A DNA stretch of 31,821 bases, taken from positions 1 through 31,821 of IMG/VR virus record IMGVR_UViG_3300020016_000030. One strand, 5' to 3'. A program made the position numbers and the translations under genes. Shown in pieces: positions 14,285-24,002 of the stretch. Within the stretch, counting starts at the first letter, position 1; each line of letters begins with the position of its first letter. This DNA is from a virus (taxonomy: Duplodnaviria; Caudoviricetes). Below the pieces are notes generated by a model. It saw only the letters and a program-made list of their open reading frames with translations, was not told where the DNA came from and did not search any database.

Positions 14285-15148
14285 TTATACTTGCCTACCC
14301 AACGCCGTCTGTAATGTTTGAACTCTTGTATAAAGATTTGCTGCTTGAGTTGAAGTCAATCCTTTACCAATCCAATAAAGACAAAAACGTTGTCCAGACG
14401 GTGCCCAATTAGCAGCATTGGATAAATCTCCATCGTGAACATAAATCTGAAATGCGTTTGTCTGTCCTGCTGGATTTGTTGCTGTTGACCCAATTTGAGA
14501 ACCGTTCTTGTATAGGCGTAGGTCATTTGATGCTATTCTACTTCCTATATAAAATCCGATGCCTCCTGCATCTGCTATAGTTATACCATTACTGATATTC
14601 CACATTTCTGCGTTGGCATTGCTGGCATCGTGATAGAGATAGCATCCACGAGTAGCATCAGCCGACGTTTGGGTTCCCATTTGCATTCCGCCTGCATAAT
14701 TGGTATCTCTAACATAAACAGCCATACTAAAATCGTTTATCCCTCCAGCACCCATTCCGTTAACACCGTCACCAACAAATCCAGTTCGGATACCTTTACC
14801 CGAACCACCAACCAATCCGTTTGAAGTATAATCACCAGCCACAAATCCAGTGAGAGTATCAGTTGTAGAACCAGAAACGTTTACTAATGGTGCTTTCAAC
14901 GCATTCAAATCATTTCCAGCATAAACACCAATACGTTGCCCAAGAGTCCAAAGCCCGTCCGTCTTGCACCCGACAATAAAATTACCAACTGCGGTCTGGA
15001 CACCACTGCCTGTAACATCGCTTGATTGTCCTTGAACTCTGCTAACCCAAGAAGACAATTCTGGTTCGGCACTGAATCCCGTTGCAATGGCGGGTTGAAT
15101 ATATCCTCGGAGTGTTGGTACGAATATCATATTATGCCAAATCCCCAC
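14285..15148 (-). CDS. Tail-associated receptor-binding protein, LamG/concanavalin-like
   Basis: G/S/T/N-rich beta protein with LRLYKNGSQIG motif and helical C-terminus. Last gene of the tail operon. Confidence 0.6.
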   Translation of the reverse strand: MGIWHNMIFVPTLRGYIQPAIATGFSAEPELSSWVSRVQGQSSDVTGSGVQTAVGNFIVGCKTDGLWTLGQRIGVYAGNDLNALKAPLVNVSGSTTDTLTGFVAGDYTSNGLVGGSGKGIRTGFVGDGVNGMGAGGINDFSMAVYVRDTNYAGGMQMGTQTSADATRGCYLYHDASNANAEMWNISNGITIADAGGIGFYIGSRIASNDLRLYKNGSQIGSTATNPAGQTNAFQIYVHDGDLSNAANWAPSGQRFCLYWIGKGLTSTQAANLYTRVQTLQTALGRQV

Positions 15149-16427
15149 TCAATATGAAGTCTCCCGAAGCAACTCTAACAAGAGAAGCAACGGCGTACTG
15201 TCCTGCCAATGATTTGAAACTCTGTCGGTTTCTCAATACGGTGGCGGTTGAACCAGTAATAATAGACACTTGACCACTTCCACTTTGGAAGATGAGACAA
15301 TTAAAATTGGTATTCAACGAACTTGAAATTGTCACATTGACTGCCGCTCCACTGACCACAGAAACGTATCTTCCGTCATCTGTGTTAGACAAAGAAAATG
15401 AAGCAGTATAGTAGTTGGCAAATCCACTTGTTAGAGAATACTGATTAGCATTGACTATACCACTACAAGTTATAGCAGTCGTGGCATAGCTGGCAGAAGT
15501 AATCGAGCCATTATAGAAAGAAGCAGTTGAACTGTTTGTTGAATAACTTGCTGACGTGACCGACCCATTAAGAAAAGAAGCAGTGTTGGCATAACTTGAC
15601 GTTCCTAATAATGAAGCAGTCACAGACGAAGCAGATATGTTTCCTTGAACGTGTAACTTTGCTGTTGGACTTTCTGTGCCAATACCAAAATTGTATGGTT
15701 GTGTTCCTATGTAGGAATTACCGTCCGTATTTAATCTAATAAATCTTGACTGGGATTGGTTTGCTAAAATAAGTGCGCCAGCAAATGGACTGCCAATCTG
15801 TGTATAATAATTTGTAGTGTCATCAACTCCAGCATTGTAAATCAATAATGTTGAAGCATTCAACCCTCCACCATTTGCAAAAGCCACTTGAGTTGATACT
15901 AAAGATTTGTCTGCCCATGAGGCGGATTTAGCATAACTAGCAGACAAAGCATTTGAGGCATAGGAAGCAGAAATGATTGTGGTTACGCTGAGAGGATACA
16001 ACGCATTTGCAACAACGTCTCTGTACACCGCACAAGGATTTTGATAAGTAATGACAGAGCTGCCGGAGACAACCTGTAATTCTAGAATATATTGGCGACT
16101 CCTATTACTACCTATTGAGGCGCTCAACTCGTTTGTATTAAGTTGAAAAAGTGCGGAGTATGAACTTGAGGACTTGAAAGAACACGTCGCCAACGCAAGG
16201 GCAGCTTCGCCGGGCAGACCTAATGCCAATGTCGCGGTTGAACCACTGGTGCTGAAGTAAGAGCCAGTAACTCCGTTCTTATCAACAAACTGTGCATTAC
16301 AGGAATAAATGTCAGCAAAGACAAGAGGGAGAGACATTACAGGCAACGCACCGCTGCCAGTTCTGTTGACAAGAGACACACTACGATTAGCAGCCTCTTG
16401 ATTGAAAAATAGTTGTAAATCCGCCAT
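15132..16427 (-). CDS. Tail fibre protein
   Basis: SASYA/TASF repeats, FGIGTESPTAKLHVQG motif and C-terminal knob ending LSGDLA. Confidence 0.75.
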   Translation of the reverse strand: MADLQLFFNQEAANRSVSLVNRTGSGALPVMSLPLVFADIYSCNAQFVDKNGVTGSYFSTSGSTATLALGLPGEAALALATCSFKSSSSYSALFQLNTNELSASIGSNRSRQYILELQVVSGSSVITYQNPCAVYRDVVANALYPLSVTTIISASYASNALSASYAKSASWADKSLVSTQVAFANGGGLNASTLLIYNAGVDDTTNYYTQIGSPFAGALILANQSQSRFIRLNTDGNSYIGTQPYNFGIGTESPTAKLHVQGNISASSVTASLLGTSSYANTASFLNGSVTSASYSTNSSTASFYNGSITSASYATTAITCSGIVNANQYSLTSGFANYYTASFSLSNTDDGRYVSVVSGAAVNVTISSSLNTNFNCLIFQSGSGQVSIITGSTATVLRNRQSFKSLAGQYAVASLVRVASGDFILSGDLA

Positions 16428-16474
16428 ATTAGATAAATAGGGAAAAAGTTATTGTTTGTATTCGGTTTATTTGG

Positions 16475-17449
16475 TTAGGAACAACTCCCACTTTTGTTTA
16501 ATACCTTAAAGAGCATATAATAACTTGCATTAAAAGCCGGTGGTAAAACTTCAACTAAAGAGGAAGTACAAGCATTGGTTGTAGAATCGGTACATGACGT
16601 ATCGTTCGCAGTAGGAAGAAATACGTCAGCATATAAAGTTGAGTCGAGATCCGACAGGGGGTAAGTAAGCACAGTTTCCCTCTCCAATTCCTCAGTGTTG
16701 TTTTCTCTAATATAATAATGCGTTCGTACCTGACTTTGGAATTTCATAGCAAACAGTGCGTTTGTTGCATAATAATAAGATGGAGTATTAAAAGGATTAA
16801 ATGGAGTTACTAAATCATAATATGTGGGAAAATTACTACCACTTGCATACCTGTGATAAAATGCCGTTGTTGGTGTTGAGACATCACTTATGGCATCATA
16901 CCCTATTGAGCCAGTTCCTTGTACATAAAATGTTGTCCTAATTTCTGGATATGTTCCAAATGGATTCAAATAACTTGCACTATCCAGCAGTGAATCAACG
17001 TCTTGATACATTCGAGAGTCCGTATATTCATTACTTAATGTTATTGTCCTTGTAACAATGGTGCCATCAAGAGTAGGGCCAGCAACCGTTGTTCTTACTG
17101 TGTGTCCAATATCATCAGATATTACAGTCAAGAAAACGGGGAATGTATCATTGTTGCCAGCATAACCACCTTCACCGCTTCGGTCATCTGTAAGAAGCCC
17201 GCTGAGTCGGTCCACGTCTAGCAATCTTGTGCCCCCATACGGCTCAACTTCATTAGGGCCATCCGTTGTAAAAACCACTTCTTCATGTAAATATTTCTTG
17301 TAGAAATCTACATTGGTGAAAAAATTGTCTGGTGCTGGAGTAGGAAAATCTAAAACAGGGAAGCCGTAGTACCCATGGTACGCAAGAACCGATCTATTAA
17401 ATAAGCAGTTGTGTTGGTTACATGCCGATATGACAAGGGGGGTACTCAT
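16475..17449 (-). CDS. Putative tail-tip structural protein
   Basis: T/Y/D-rich composition and synteny. Confidence 0.55.
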   Translation of the reverse strand: MSTPLVISACNQHNCLFNRSVLAYHGYYGFPVLDFPTPAPDNFFTNVDFYKKYLHEEVVFTTDGPNEVEPYGGTRLLDVDRLSGLLTDDRSGEGGYAGNNDTFPVFLTVISDDIGHTVRTTVAGPTLDGTIVTRTITLSNEYTDSRMYQDVDSLLDSASYLNPFGTYPEIRTTFYVQGTGSIGYDAISDVSTPTTAFYHRYASGSNFPTYYDLVTPFNPFNTPSYYYATNALFAMKFQSQVRTHYYIRENNTEELERETVLTYPLSDLDSTLYADVFLPTANDTSCTDSTTNACTSSLVEVLPPAFNASYYMLFKVLNKSGSCS

Positions 17450-18042
17450 TATTTAACATGCTTCCAATCTTTTCTTCTAATTACATTACCAATTATCTGA
17501 GCGCTTACGTTATATTCTGCGCCCAATTGTTTATTGGTATATTGACCTGTTAATTTCTTCTGTCTTATCTCCAAGACTTTATCGACAGTCAGTTTATGGC
17601 CAAATGGATTTGCTTCTCCAAATTGTTTTTGTGAATGATACTCTGAAGATACTTCAATAGTTTTCTTGTGCAAACCGTCTCTCCACGCTTCTTGTATGTT
17701 TTGTCTATCAGTACCCCATTTTAGATTAGATATATCATTATGCGTTGTGTTATTATCAATATGTAAAACGTGTGTATAATTATTAGGATTAGGAATGAAT
17801 ACTAATCCTATCAAATGATGAATATTGAATGTTTTAGGGTTTCCATTTTTAGATAGGCCCACTGTTAAATACCCATCAGATAGAAAAGGTTTTAATAATT
17901 GGCCTTTGCAGAAATGTTTTACTCCGTTAGAATATATTATCCATCGGTCTAAACTCTTAGCGTTATGTAAATTGCTCAATTGATAATAACCGACATAGCC
18001 GGGAATATCATACCATATTTCATTTGTTATATTTTCAATCAT
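17449..18042 (-). CDS. NUMOD4-HNH homing endonuclease with C-terminal HTH
   Basis: EIWYDIPGYVGYYQLSN (NUMOD4), HIDNNTTHNDISNLKWGT..QN (HNH) and TNKQLGAEYNVS (HTH). Own promoter TTGAGA-17-TATAAT at 18080-18052. Confidence 0.92.
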   Translation of the reverse strand: MIENITNEIWYDIPGYVGYYQLSNLHNAKSLDRWIIYSNGVKHFCKGQLLKPFLSDGYLTVGLSKNGNPKTFNIHHLIGLVFIPNPNNYTHVLHIDNNTTHNDISNLKWGTDRQNIQEAWRDGLHKKTIEVSSEYHSQKQFGEANPFGHKLTVDKVLEIRQKKLTGQYTNKQLGAEYNVSAQIIGNVIRRKDWKHVK

Positions 18043-18084
18043 AAACTTCCCATTATATCAAATGGTTCATAATCTCTCAATATT

Positions 18085-18819
18085 TTAATACGGTTCCGTA
18101 CACACAACACAAATGGTCTTGTTGGAGCCTCCGTCACAGACCAGCAGCTCCCTAAAACGAAACTCTTTTCCCCTTGCTGCTACTGGAATGTCATTAGGGT
18201 TAATGTAATAACTTCCAAAAGATCCCATTTTCATTTCCATACTACCGGAATTGATTTGAGTATAATTCGTGCTCGCACTTGTGGGAGACATCCATCGCAT
18301 GAAAGGAAAAGAATAAGGAACGAAAACCTTCCAGTAAGCGTTTGAAGAACTTACTTCCCCTAATCCGGCTGCTGGCGGTTCATTGTTGAATGACGAAGTA
18401 ATAGCAACGTAGGAAGATGCTTTACCAGTTACAATTTCACTGCTAGTTAATCTATAAACAATGTCATTGGTTACATAATTCGTAGCATTTTGCCACTGAC
18501 CTTTGAAATTCAGGCTTCCACTAGAAGGTGAAACAAAGCTGCCGGGGGATTGATTTGGCAGAGGAGGGTTGTTTATTTTATCCAAAACATCTTTTTTTAT
18601 TCCGATAACAACATTGGCGTCTGCTCTTTTGTCTATACTAATCCCCGGACCCTCTGTTAGATTGGCAAATTTGTTGATAAATCTAATAATGCGATTCATC
18701 AACTTGGCACTAAAAACTGTAGCTTTGGATTTACCGGCCGTAAACATAGGATAATCAAGTTGATTCGGTACCTTAACCTCATCAAAATTTCCTTCCTTTG
18801 TGTTTTTGGTTTTGTCCAT
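18085..18819 (-). CDS. Putative tail protein
   Basis: FKGQWQNATNYVTNDIVY...YVA...YW module common in tail proteins, plus synteny. Confidence 0.6.
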   Translation of the reverse strand: MDKTKNTKEGNFDEVKVPNQLDYPMFTAGKSKATVFSAKLMNRIIRFINKFANLTEGPGISIDKRADANVVIGIKKDVLDKINNPPLPNQSPGSFVSPSSGSLNFKGQWQNATNYVTNDIVYRLTSSEIVTGKASSYVAITSSFNNEPPAAGLGEVSSSNAYWKVFVPYSFPFMRWMSPTSASTNYTQINSGSMEMKMGSFGSYYINPNDIPVAARGKEFRFRELLVCDGGSNKTICVVCTEPY

Positions 18820-18861
18820 ATATCAATAAATAACGGTCTAAGTAAAAGCGCAATTCATGCG

Positions 18862-19860
18862 TTACGTAAACACCGCGTCTGTCAACGAAAGCGCTCGTAC
18901 CTTGCGTGTTGTTCTTTCATAAATATTTCCGTTCCATCTTCGCACGGTGCTCCCTTCAGCAACAATATATTGACCGGCTATACTTGACTGATAGGTGGCG
19001 AGCGATGGTGTTGTTATCTCCGAGAGCGTATCTGTAAAATTGCTATTTTCGTCTTTGATTTGAAAAATTTGTTCAAGCGGTATGGTGTCCGGTGACTCAC
19101 AATTTACGCCGGGCAACCAGTACGTAAATTCTAGTTTTGAGTTTACCACTTCCGTTTTTGGATTGATTTTAATAACTGGTTTACTGAAACCCAAATAATT
19201 TGTGGCTGAACCGGAAAGATTCAACGTCGCAACCGTTATTGAAGTTGTTGTTCTTGATATTATTGGCGTTGTGTAATAGATGCCGGGGAAAATATATGTT
19301 ATACCAACTGCGCTGTTTGCTGTCGTATAGTGTTGTGCAAAGTTATAGTAAACCGTGGCCATCTGGTATTCAGAACCGATGTTATGAGGAAAGTTCTGGA
19401 ACGACTTTAATTGAATTAAGGAACCATCCAAACTTGAGGTACTAGATGAGTCAATGTAATAGGTGATAACCGCCACAGAATTGTTTATACCGGGTTTTGT
19501 GTAGGCGAACGACTCAAACTCCGTCCGGGCAACAGAACCGCTCTCAGATAGGCCGGGCAGCTTCGCCCACGTCCTTGTAAATCGTGATATACCGCCCCCC
19601 AAATCTGACAAAGTTGAATCGTGAGAGAAGAAAAAGCCTATAAAATCTTGTTTCTGGTTCTCGGTTCCAACGTCAGGAATTGTTTCAAGGTAATAGTCAG
19701 TATAAATGATAAAATCCTGCTCAACCAAATAATCAGTGATATTACCCTCAAACGGAAAGGTTGGCCGTTCAATGCTAACTGCGTATGGTTCTTTCCATAA
19801 TTCGTCAGCCCCCCATTGACTGGTGCTTCTGCCGTAATGTTCTAATGTATTGTTTGGCAT
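18862..19860 (-). CDS. Putative distal tail / baseplate protein
   Basis: Immediately follows the tape measure gene and is beta-rich. Confidence 0.55.
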   Translation of the reverse strand: MPNNTLEHYGRSTSQWGADELWKEPYAVSIERPTFPFEGNITDYLVEQDFIIYTDYYLETIPDVGTENQKQDFIGFFFSHDSTLSDLGGGISRFTRTWAKLPGLSESGSVARTEFESFAYTKPGINNSVAVITYYIDSSSTSSLDGSLIQLKSFQNFPHNIGSEYQMATVYYNFAQHYTTANSAVGITYIFPGIYYTTPIISRTTTSITVATLNLSGSATNYLGFSKPVIKINPKTEVVNSKLEFTYWLPGVNCESPDTIPLEQIFQIKDENSNFTDTLSEITTPSLATYQSSIAGQYIVAEGSTVRRWNGNIYERTTRKVRALSLTDAVFT

Positions 19861-19878
19861 AAATTATAGTATTTCAAT

Positions 19879-21759
19879 TTAATTTCCCATTGCCGGGATG
19901 ATTTTCCATCCGGTCGTTTGTTCACGATTCAACAATTCCCCTTGTATCTCATTTAATTTAATCAACTGGTCATTCATTTGTTTTAATGGGTGTTTATCAC
20001 GAGAATTTAATGGATTGATTCTATCTCTTAACTCATCAGCCAATCGCAATCGCGCTTCAGCCTCCAAAATATTTCCAATCAAATTCAGTTGTCGTGCCTG
20101 AGCTTCCCATTTCTCCACTTGCTGCGCTGCTCGAATGGCCCAACCCCTAGTTTGTGGATTGTTCAAATCGTTTTGAAATGCCGGTGATCCTTCCCATTGT
20201 TTTTCCCTATTCAAAGCGTTGTTGACGGATTCAGGCGATGCGTTGAAATCTGGTGCTAGAAATGGTTGCCACAACTTCCTGAACGGTTCGCTCATCGGAC
20301 CTTGCGACAAATCTTTTAATGCAAATGCTATTCTGTCCAAGTATTGTTCCATTATATCCATTTGCTTAATTTCACTCTCTACAATCTCGTCTTGGATTTT
20401 GGCCATTTCCTTTCTTAGCTTTATTTGCTCATCAAGATTCTTTCTACGTTCCTTCTCTTGTGCGTCAATCGTGTCATTGATTTCCTTACTTACTTCACCA
20501 ATTTTGATGGCATAGTCCAAATCATCGTTATTGGTTAATTGTTTTTTAGCAGCTAAATCGTCGGCTTCTCTTATCAAGTCGTTTCTATGCTCAATCAGGT
20601 CCGTAATTTTCTGTTCTGTATCAAGCGTCAATTCATCAATTTTAAGAACTTTCTCCCGCATCTCTTTAGAAATCTTCAATTCTGATTGGCTCAATTTCAC
20701 TTCCTTTAATATCGAATCAAACGGTTTTTGTTTTGCAGTCGAGTTTGGACCAAGAAAGCCAGCAACAAAATAGTCGTTGAATTGTTTAATGAACTCCTGC
20801 ATTGGATTATCACCTTTGAATATATCCGCAATTGCTTTGATTATTCTTTCCCTCTCTGCGGGCGCTCTACTAACAAGATATTTATTAAGCATTTCCTCCG
20901 TCAATTTATAATCTTTTGGAGTAACGATTGCATCCATTATACTTGTGCCATCGTCAAAAGCGCCCGGCTCAATCCCCGGATGTAGTTTCTTCCATGCCTC
21001 TATCGCGTCACGTTTTTTGAACAACACTTGGCGAAGCAAATTATTCCGATTTGTGAAATCTTCACCGACACCTAGACGAAAAAGAATTTGCTCTCTTAAT
21101 TGTGCAGCGGTCAATTTGGTGGCTGCTTCGGGAGAAACTCCGCCTATGTTTTGTAATGCTTTGAGAACATTTGGATTTAATTGGATGATTTCTTCCATCA
21201 AATTCTTCCATATTTCCAAATGCTTTCCGACCTTATCTTCATCGCCGAATTGTTTTGCGTTTGCAAATAGTTCTTTTACGGAATCGGTTGTCAAATTGAA
21301 TTTCGTTGCTATATCGTCAATCGTCTTGGCTTCCTTTCTCAATGCGTCAAAATGGCCTGTAATACCACCTAACAGCGCACCAGCACCTGCGCCAATCGCA
21401 ATTCCCAACGGACCAAAGAAGGCTCCAACACCCAAACCAGCAAGTGCGCCAGTGAATGCTCCCTTGGCGCTTTCACCAAACTTGTCTCCAAATGTTGCTC
21501 CGAGGAATGAACCTAAAAAGGAAAATATCAGCACGGCTCCGTCCTTAACGTCGCGGAAACCTTTCTTTATTTCACGTTCAGAAACCTTGCTGAAATCCTT
21601 CCCAAATGTTTCACCACCGGCTTGACCAGAAACGTTTGAAGCCTTGGCAGCCTCAGAAGCGATGGACCTTATCTTTGTAAGCAACTGTTGTTTGTCGCCC
21701 TCCAAAGAACTTTGATCAATGCCGTAGCTTATTAGGATACGATCCACATTATCCGCCAT
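19879..21759 (-). CDS. Tail tape measure protein
   Basis: Longest tail ORF, helical, with Gly/Ala hydrophobic stretch GALAGLGVGAFFGPLGIAIGAGAGALLGG. Follows the chaperone. Confidence 0.85.
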   Translation of the reverse strand: MADNVDRILISYGIDQSSLEGDKQQLLTKIRSIASEAAKASNVSGQAGGETFGKDFSKVSEREIKKGFRDVKDGAVLIFSFLGSFLGATFGDKFGESAKGAFTGALAGLGVGAFFGPLGIAIGAGAGALLGGITGHFDALRKEAKTIDDIATKFNLTTDSVKELFANAKQFGDEDKVGKHLEIWKNLMEEIIQLNPNVLKALQNIGGVSPEAATKLTAAQLREQILFRLGVGEDFTNRNNLLRQVLFKKRDAIEAWKKLHPGIEPGAFDDGTSIMDAIVTPKDYKLTEEMLNKYLVSRAPAERERIIKAIADIFKGDNPMQEFIKQFNDYFVAGFLGPNSTAKQKPFDSILKEVKLSQSELKISKEMREKVLKIDELTLDTEQKITDLIEHRNDLIREADDLAAKKQLTNNDDLDYAIKIGEVSKEINDTIDAQEKERRKNLDEQIKLRKEMAKIQDEIVESEIKQMDIMEQYLDRIAFALKDLSQGPMSEPFRKLWQPFLAPDFNASPESVNNALNREKQWEGSPAFQNDLNNPQTRGWAIRAAQQVEKWEAQARQLNLIGNILEAEARLRLADELRDRINPLNSRDKHPLKQMNDQLIKLNEIQGELLNREQTTGWKIIPAMGN

Positions 21760-22378
21760 TGGACACCTCTTTTGTTAAATTGTTTTCGGTCATGCTGACT
21801 TCCTCATTGATTCGGCAAAGCCAATCGCTTTTTAGCTTATCGCTTTTGTTAAACAAGATAGCTCTCGAATCGTATTTCTTTGAAATACAACGAAGGTATT
21901 GCCAAAGTCTTTTGAATGGCATGTCTAAAATCTCTCTTTCGGACCAATGAAATTCTGAAGCTAACACCACAACCAAAGATGCAATCCAATGGTAGTATGG
22001 TATTTCGTCAGGCAGTCCCTTTGTGTTGGTTGAGTCTTGGAATGATTCTTCTATGTAATCAGCGATGGCTCTATACAAATCATCGGGGCTGTATTGCAGG
22101 CATTGTTTGACTAATTCCTTTCTTTTAGTTTCATCTTGTGGATTGAAGTCAAAAGAAACGATCCAAAGAAATAGCAAAATATCGTCAACCGCCACGTCGC
22201 CACCACAAAGGATAGGCGTTTTTTTAAGGTGTAGCAGGGAAAACAATCTTGGCGTCAAAGGTTTAACTTTGACATCAAGAATTAAATCGGGGTAATCGAG
22301 AAAGCTAAATTCTCTTAATCTGTTTTCACTCTCAACCGCCTCTTTGTACCCGTCAATTTCCGAAAATAGAGCATTCAT
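21749..22378 (-). CDS. Tail assembly chaperone
   Basis: Lies between tube and tape measure genes. C-terminal LASEFHWSEREILDMPFKRL motif. Confidence 0.7.
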   Translation of the reverse strand: MNALFSEIDGYKEAVESENRLREFSFLDYPDLILDVKVKPLTPRLFSLLHLKKTPILCGGDVAVDDILLFLWIVSFDFNPQDETKRKELVKQCLQYSPDDLYRAIADYIEESFQDSTNTKGLPDEIPYYHWIASLVVVLASEFHWSEREILDMPFKRLWQYLRCISKKYDSRAILFNKSDKLKSDWLCRINEEVSMTENNLTKEVSNGG

Positions 22379-22422
22379 AATAATTGGTCAAATGCCATAA
22401 TAAATGGCCATAGAACCAATTA

Positions 22423-22800
22423 TTAAGGATAGCTAAGATATAATTTGCGGAAGTTTACGTTGATCTTTTTGTCCGTCAGTTGATTTTCCGTCTGGTCAAT
22501 TTGAGAGAGCGACATTGTCTCCGGCGTTCCAATAATGAACGTAGTAGCAAAATAGTCTCCGACTGCTGGAATCAAACTTGCGGTTGTTGCTAGTTGAAAC
22601 GTAGCAGAACCGACAACGAAATTGTCTATGATTACTTGGCCTGATGGAGCACCTATTTCATCGCGCCTCTCAATGACTGTTGAGGGTCGGGAGATAGATA
22701 TATTTTCTGCGACGTATGAGCCTTTTGCTGCGCCGACTGAGCTTATGAGTGAAATCACTCTGGACCCGTAAGGGACCGCGGTATTGTTTAGAACTGGCAT
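22423..22800 (-). CDS. Major tail tube protein (minimal, 125 aa)
   Basis: Synteny, beta-strand composition, SD AAGGA and its own upstream motif. Confidence 0.6.
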   Translation of the reverse strand: MPVLNNTAVPYGSRVISLISSVGAAKGSYVAENISISRPSTVIERRDEIGAPSGQVIIDNFVVGSATFQLATTASLIPAVGDYFATTFIIGTPETMSLSQIDQTENQLTDKKINVNFRKLYLSYP

Positions 22801-22884
22801 TGTATCATCCTTTAAGTTTAACGTCCGTAAGAATTATTCATCACGGACACAGAATAAATATAATAAGATTATCGGTTATTCATT

Positions 22885-23487
22885 CTATTTTGCTTTGTTT
22901 TTTCTTCTTGTCGCCAAAGATTTTTCAATACGTTCCCGACAAAACTTCTCATATTCCACGGGATTGGCCTTTAATTCCTTCCACCAATTTGATATTGTAT
23001 TACTAATCAATTGCTTCTTTTCGAGCTTATTATTTACTACCACTAATTTTGCTCTGTGTTGTTTGGACAAACTTTTTCCTCTATGTGCAATTGATAATTT
23101 CAACTTTTGTTCGTTTGACATTTTATAGGAACCGTTTCTTCTTTTGGTCGCAACCAGCTTCTTTACAATCTCTGGATTGTCCATCGGGTTAGAATCACCG
23201 CCAAGAGTGCAATTATATCCGCGCCCTCCCTTAGCATAAGAATTATGGAGTCGAATATACATACGTTCTAGTATTTTGAGATTGCTTAAATCATCGGTTT
23301 CGTGGATGACTTCCCACGTCCAATCTTCCTTCTTATATTTTCTTAATGCTTTGCAAATTAGCGTTGTATTTCTAGGTCTATAAAGAGCATCGCCATAGTG
23401 CTTTTTAATTCTCCATTCCAAAGAGTTTGTTGAAAGTCCAATATAGCATTTGCCATTGACTAGATTTGTAGCTTTGTAAATTATCAT
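22885..23487 (-). CDS. GIY-YIG homing endonuclease with NUMOD3-like repeats
   Basis: IIYKATNLVNGKCYIG, conserved R, E and GYN, and MSNEQKLKLSIAHRGK. Own TGa-TATGAT lies 6 nt before the ATG. Confidence 0.92.
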   Translation of the reverse strand: MIIYKATNLVNGKCYIGLSTNSLEWRIKKHYGDALYRPRNTTLICKALRKYKKEDWTWEVIHETDDLSNLKILERMYIRLHNSYAKGGRGYNCTLGGDSNPMDNPEIVKKLVATKRRNGSYKMSNEQKLKLSIAHRGKSLSKQHRAKLVVVNNKLEKKQLISNTISNWWKELKANPVEYEKFCRERIEKSLATRRKNKAK

Positions 23488-23528
23488 TCTAACATCATAT
23501 CAAGTCCGTATTAGATATACGATTTATT

Positions 23529-23999
23529 TTAACTGGTAGGCCAAGCAGTTGCGTTGACACATATTCTCATGTCATAGGTGATACCAGACAGATCCAAATT
23601 ATTATCAGCGCCGACCGTAGGCAAAATACCGGTCAATATTAAAGACTGGACTTGATGAAACGGCATGGCGAAGGAACCGCTGTTATACACTTCTTTGTCC
23701 TTAAAAGCGTTTAGAACTTTCCTTTGATAACTTGCGTGGCTTCCTTTGGTTACTTCTCTGTCTGTAACCACCGTCAGGGATAGACTCCCGGCGTACGTGT
23801 CATATAAACAAATATCATTCACAATCTGAACGTGTGTGCCTGCTGGTCCCAATTTGAAAGCACACTCAACACGCGGAGTAATTTCAACACTTCCACCCCT
23901 GCTATCATAGGCATTGGCAATACCTGCATTGGATAAAATAGCCATTGAGCTACTTTCAACGTAGGTCTGTATGTCGTATGCCTGCTCGTAAGTTGCCAT
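23529..23999 (-). CDS. Putative tail terminator / tail completion protein
   Basis: Size and synteny. Confidence 0.55.
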   Translation of the reverse strand: MATYEQAYDIQTYVESSSMAILSNAGIANAYDSRGGSVEITPRVECAFKLGPAGTHVQIVNDICLYDTYAGSLSLTVVTDREVTKGSHASYQRKVLNAFKDKEVYNSGSFAMPFHQVQSLILTGILPTVGADNNLDLSGITYDMRICVNATAWPTS

Positions 24000-24002
24000 A
24001 AA

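Noticed and set aside
14285-16427. Diversity-generating retroelement acting on the fibre or LamG-like gene
   Set aside because: No reverse transcriptase ORF, and no template/variable repeat pair differing at adenines was seen.
21749-22378. Programmed -1 frameshift in the tail assembly chaperone
   Set aside because: A single ORF fills the tube-to-tape-measure gap and already has the C-terminal motif. I saw no convincing in-frame slippery heptamer.
17449-23487. Group I introns hosting the HNH and GIY-YIG genes
   Set aside because: The flanking non-coding gaps are under about 90 bp, too short for a ribozyme core, and the neighbouring genes look intact.
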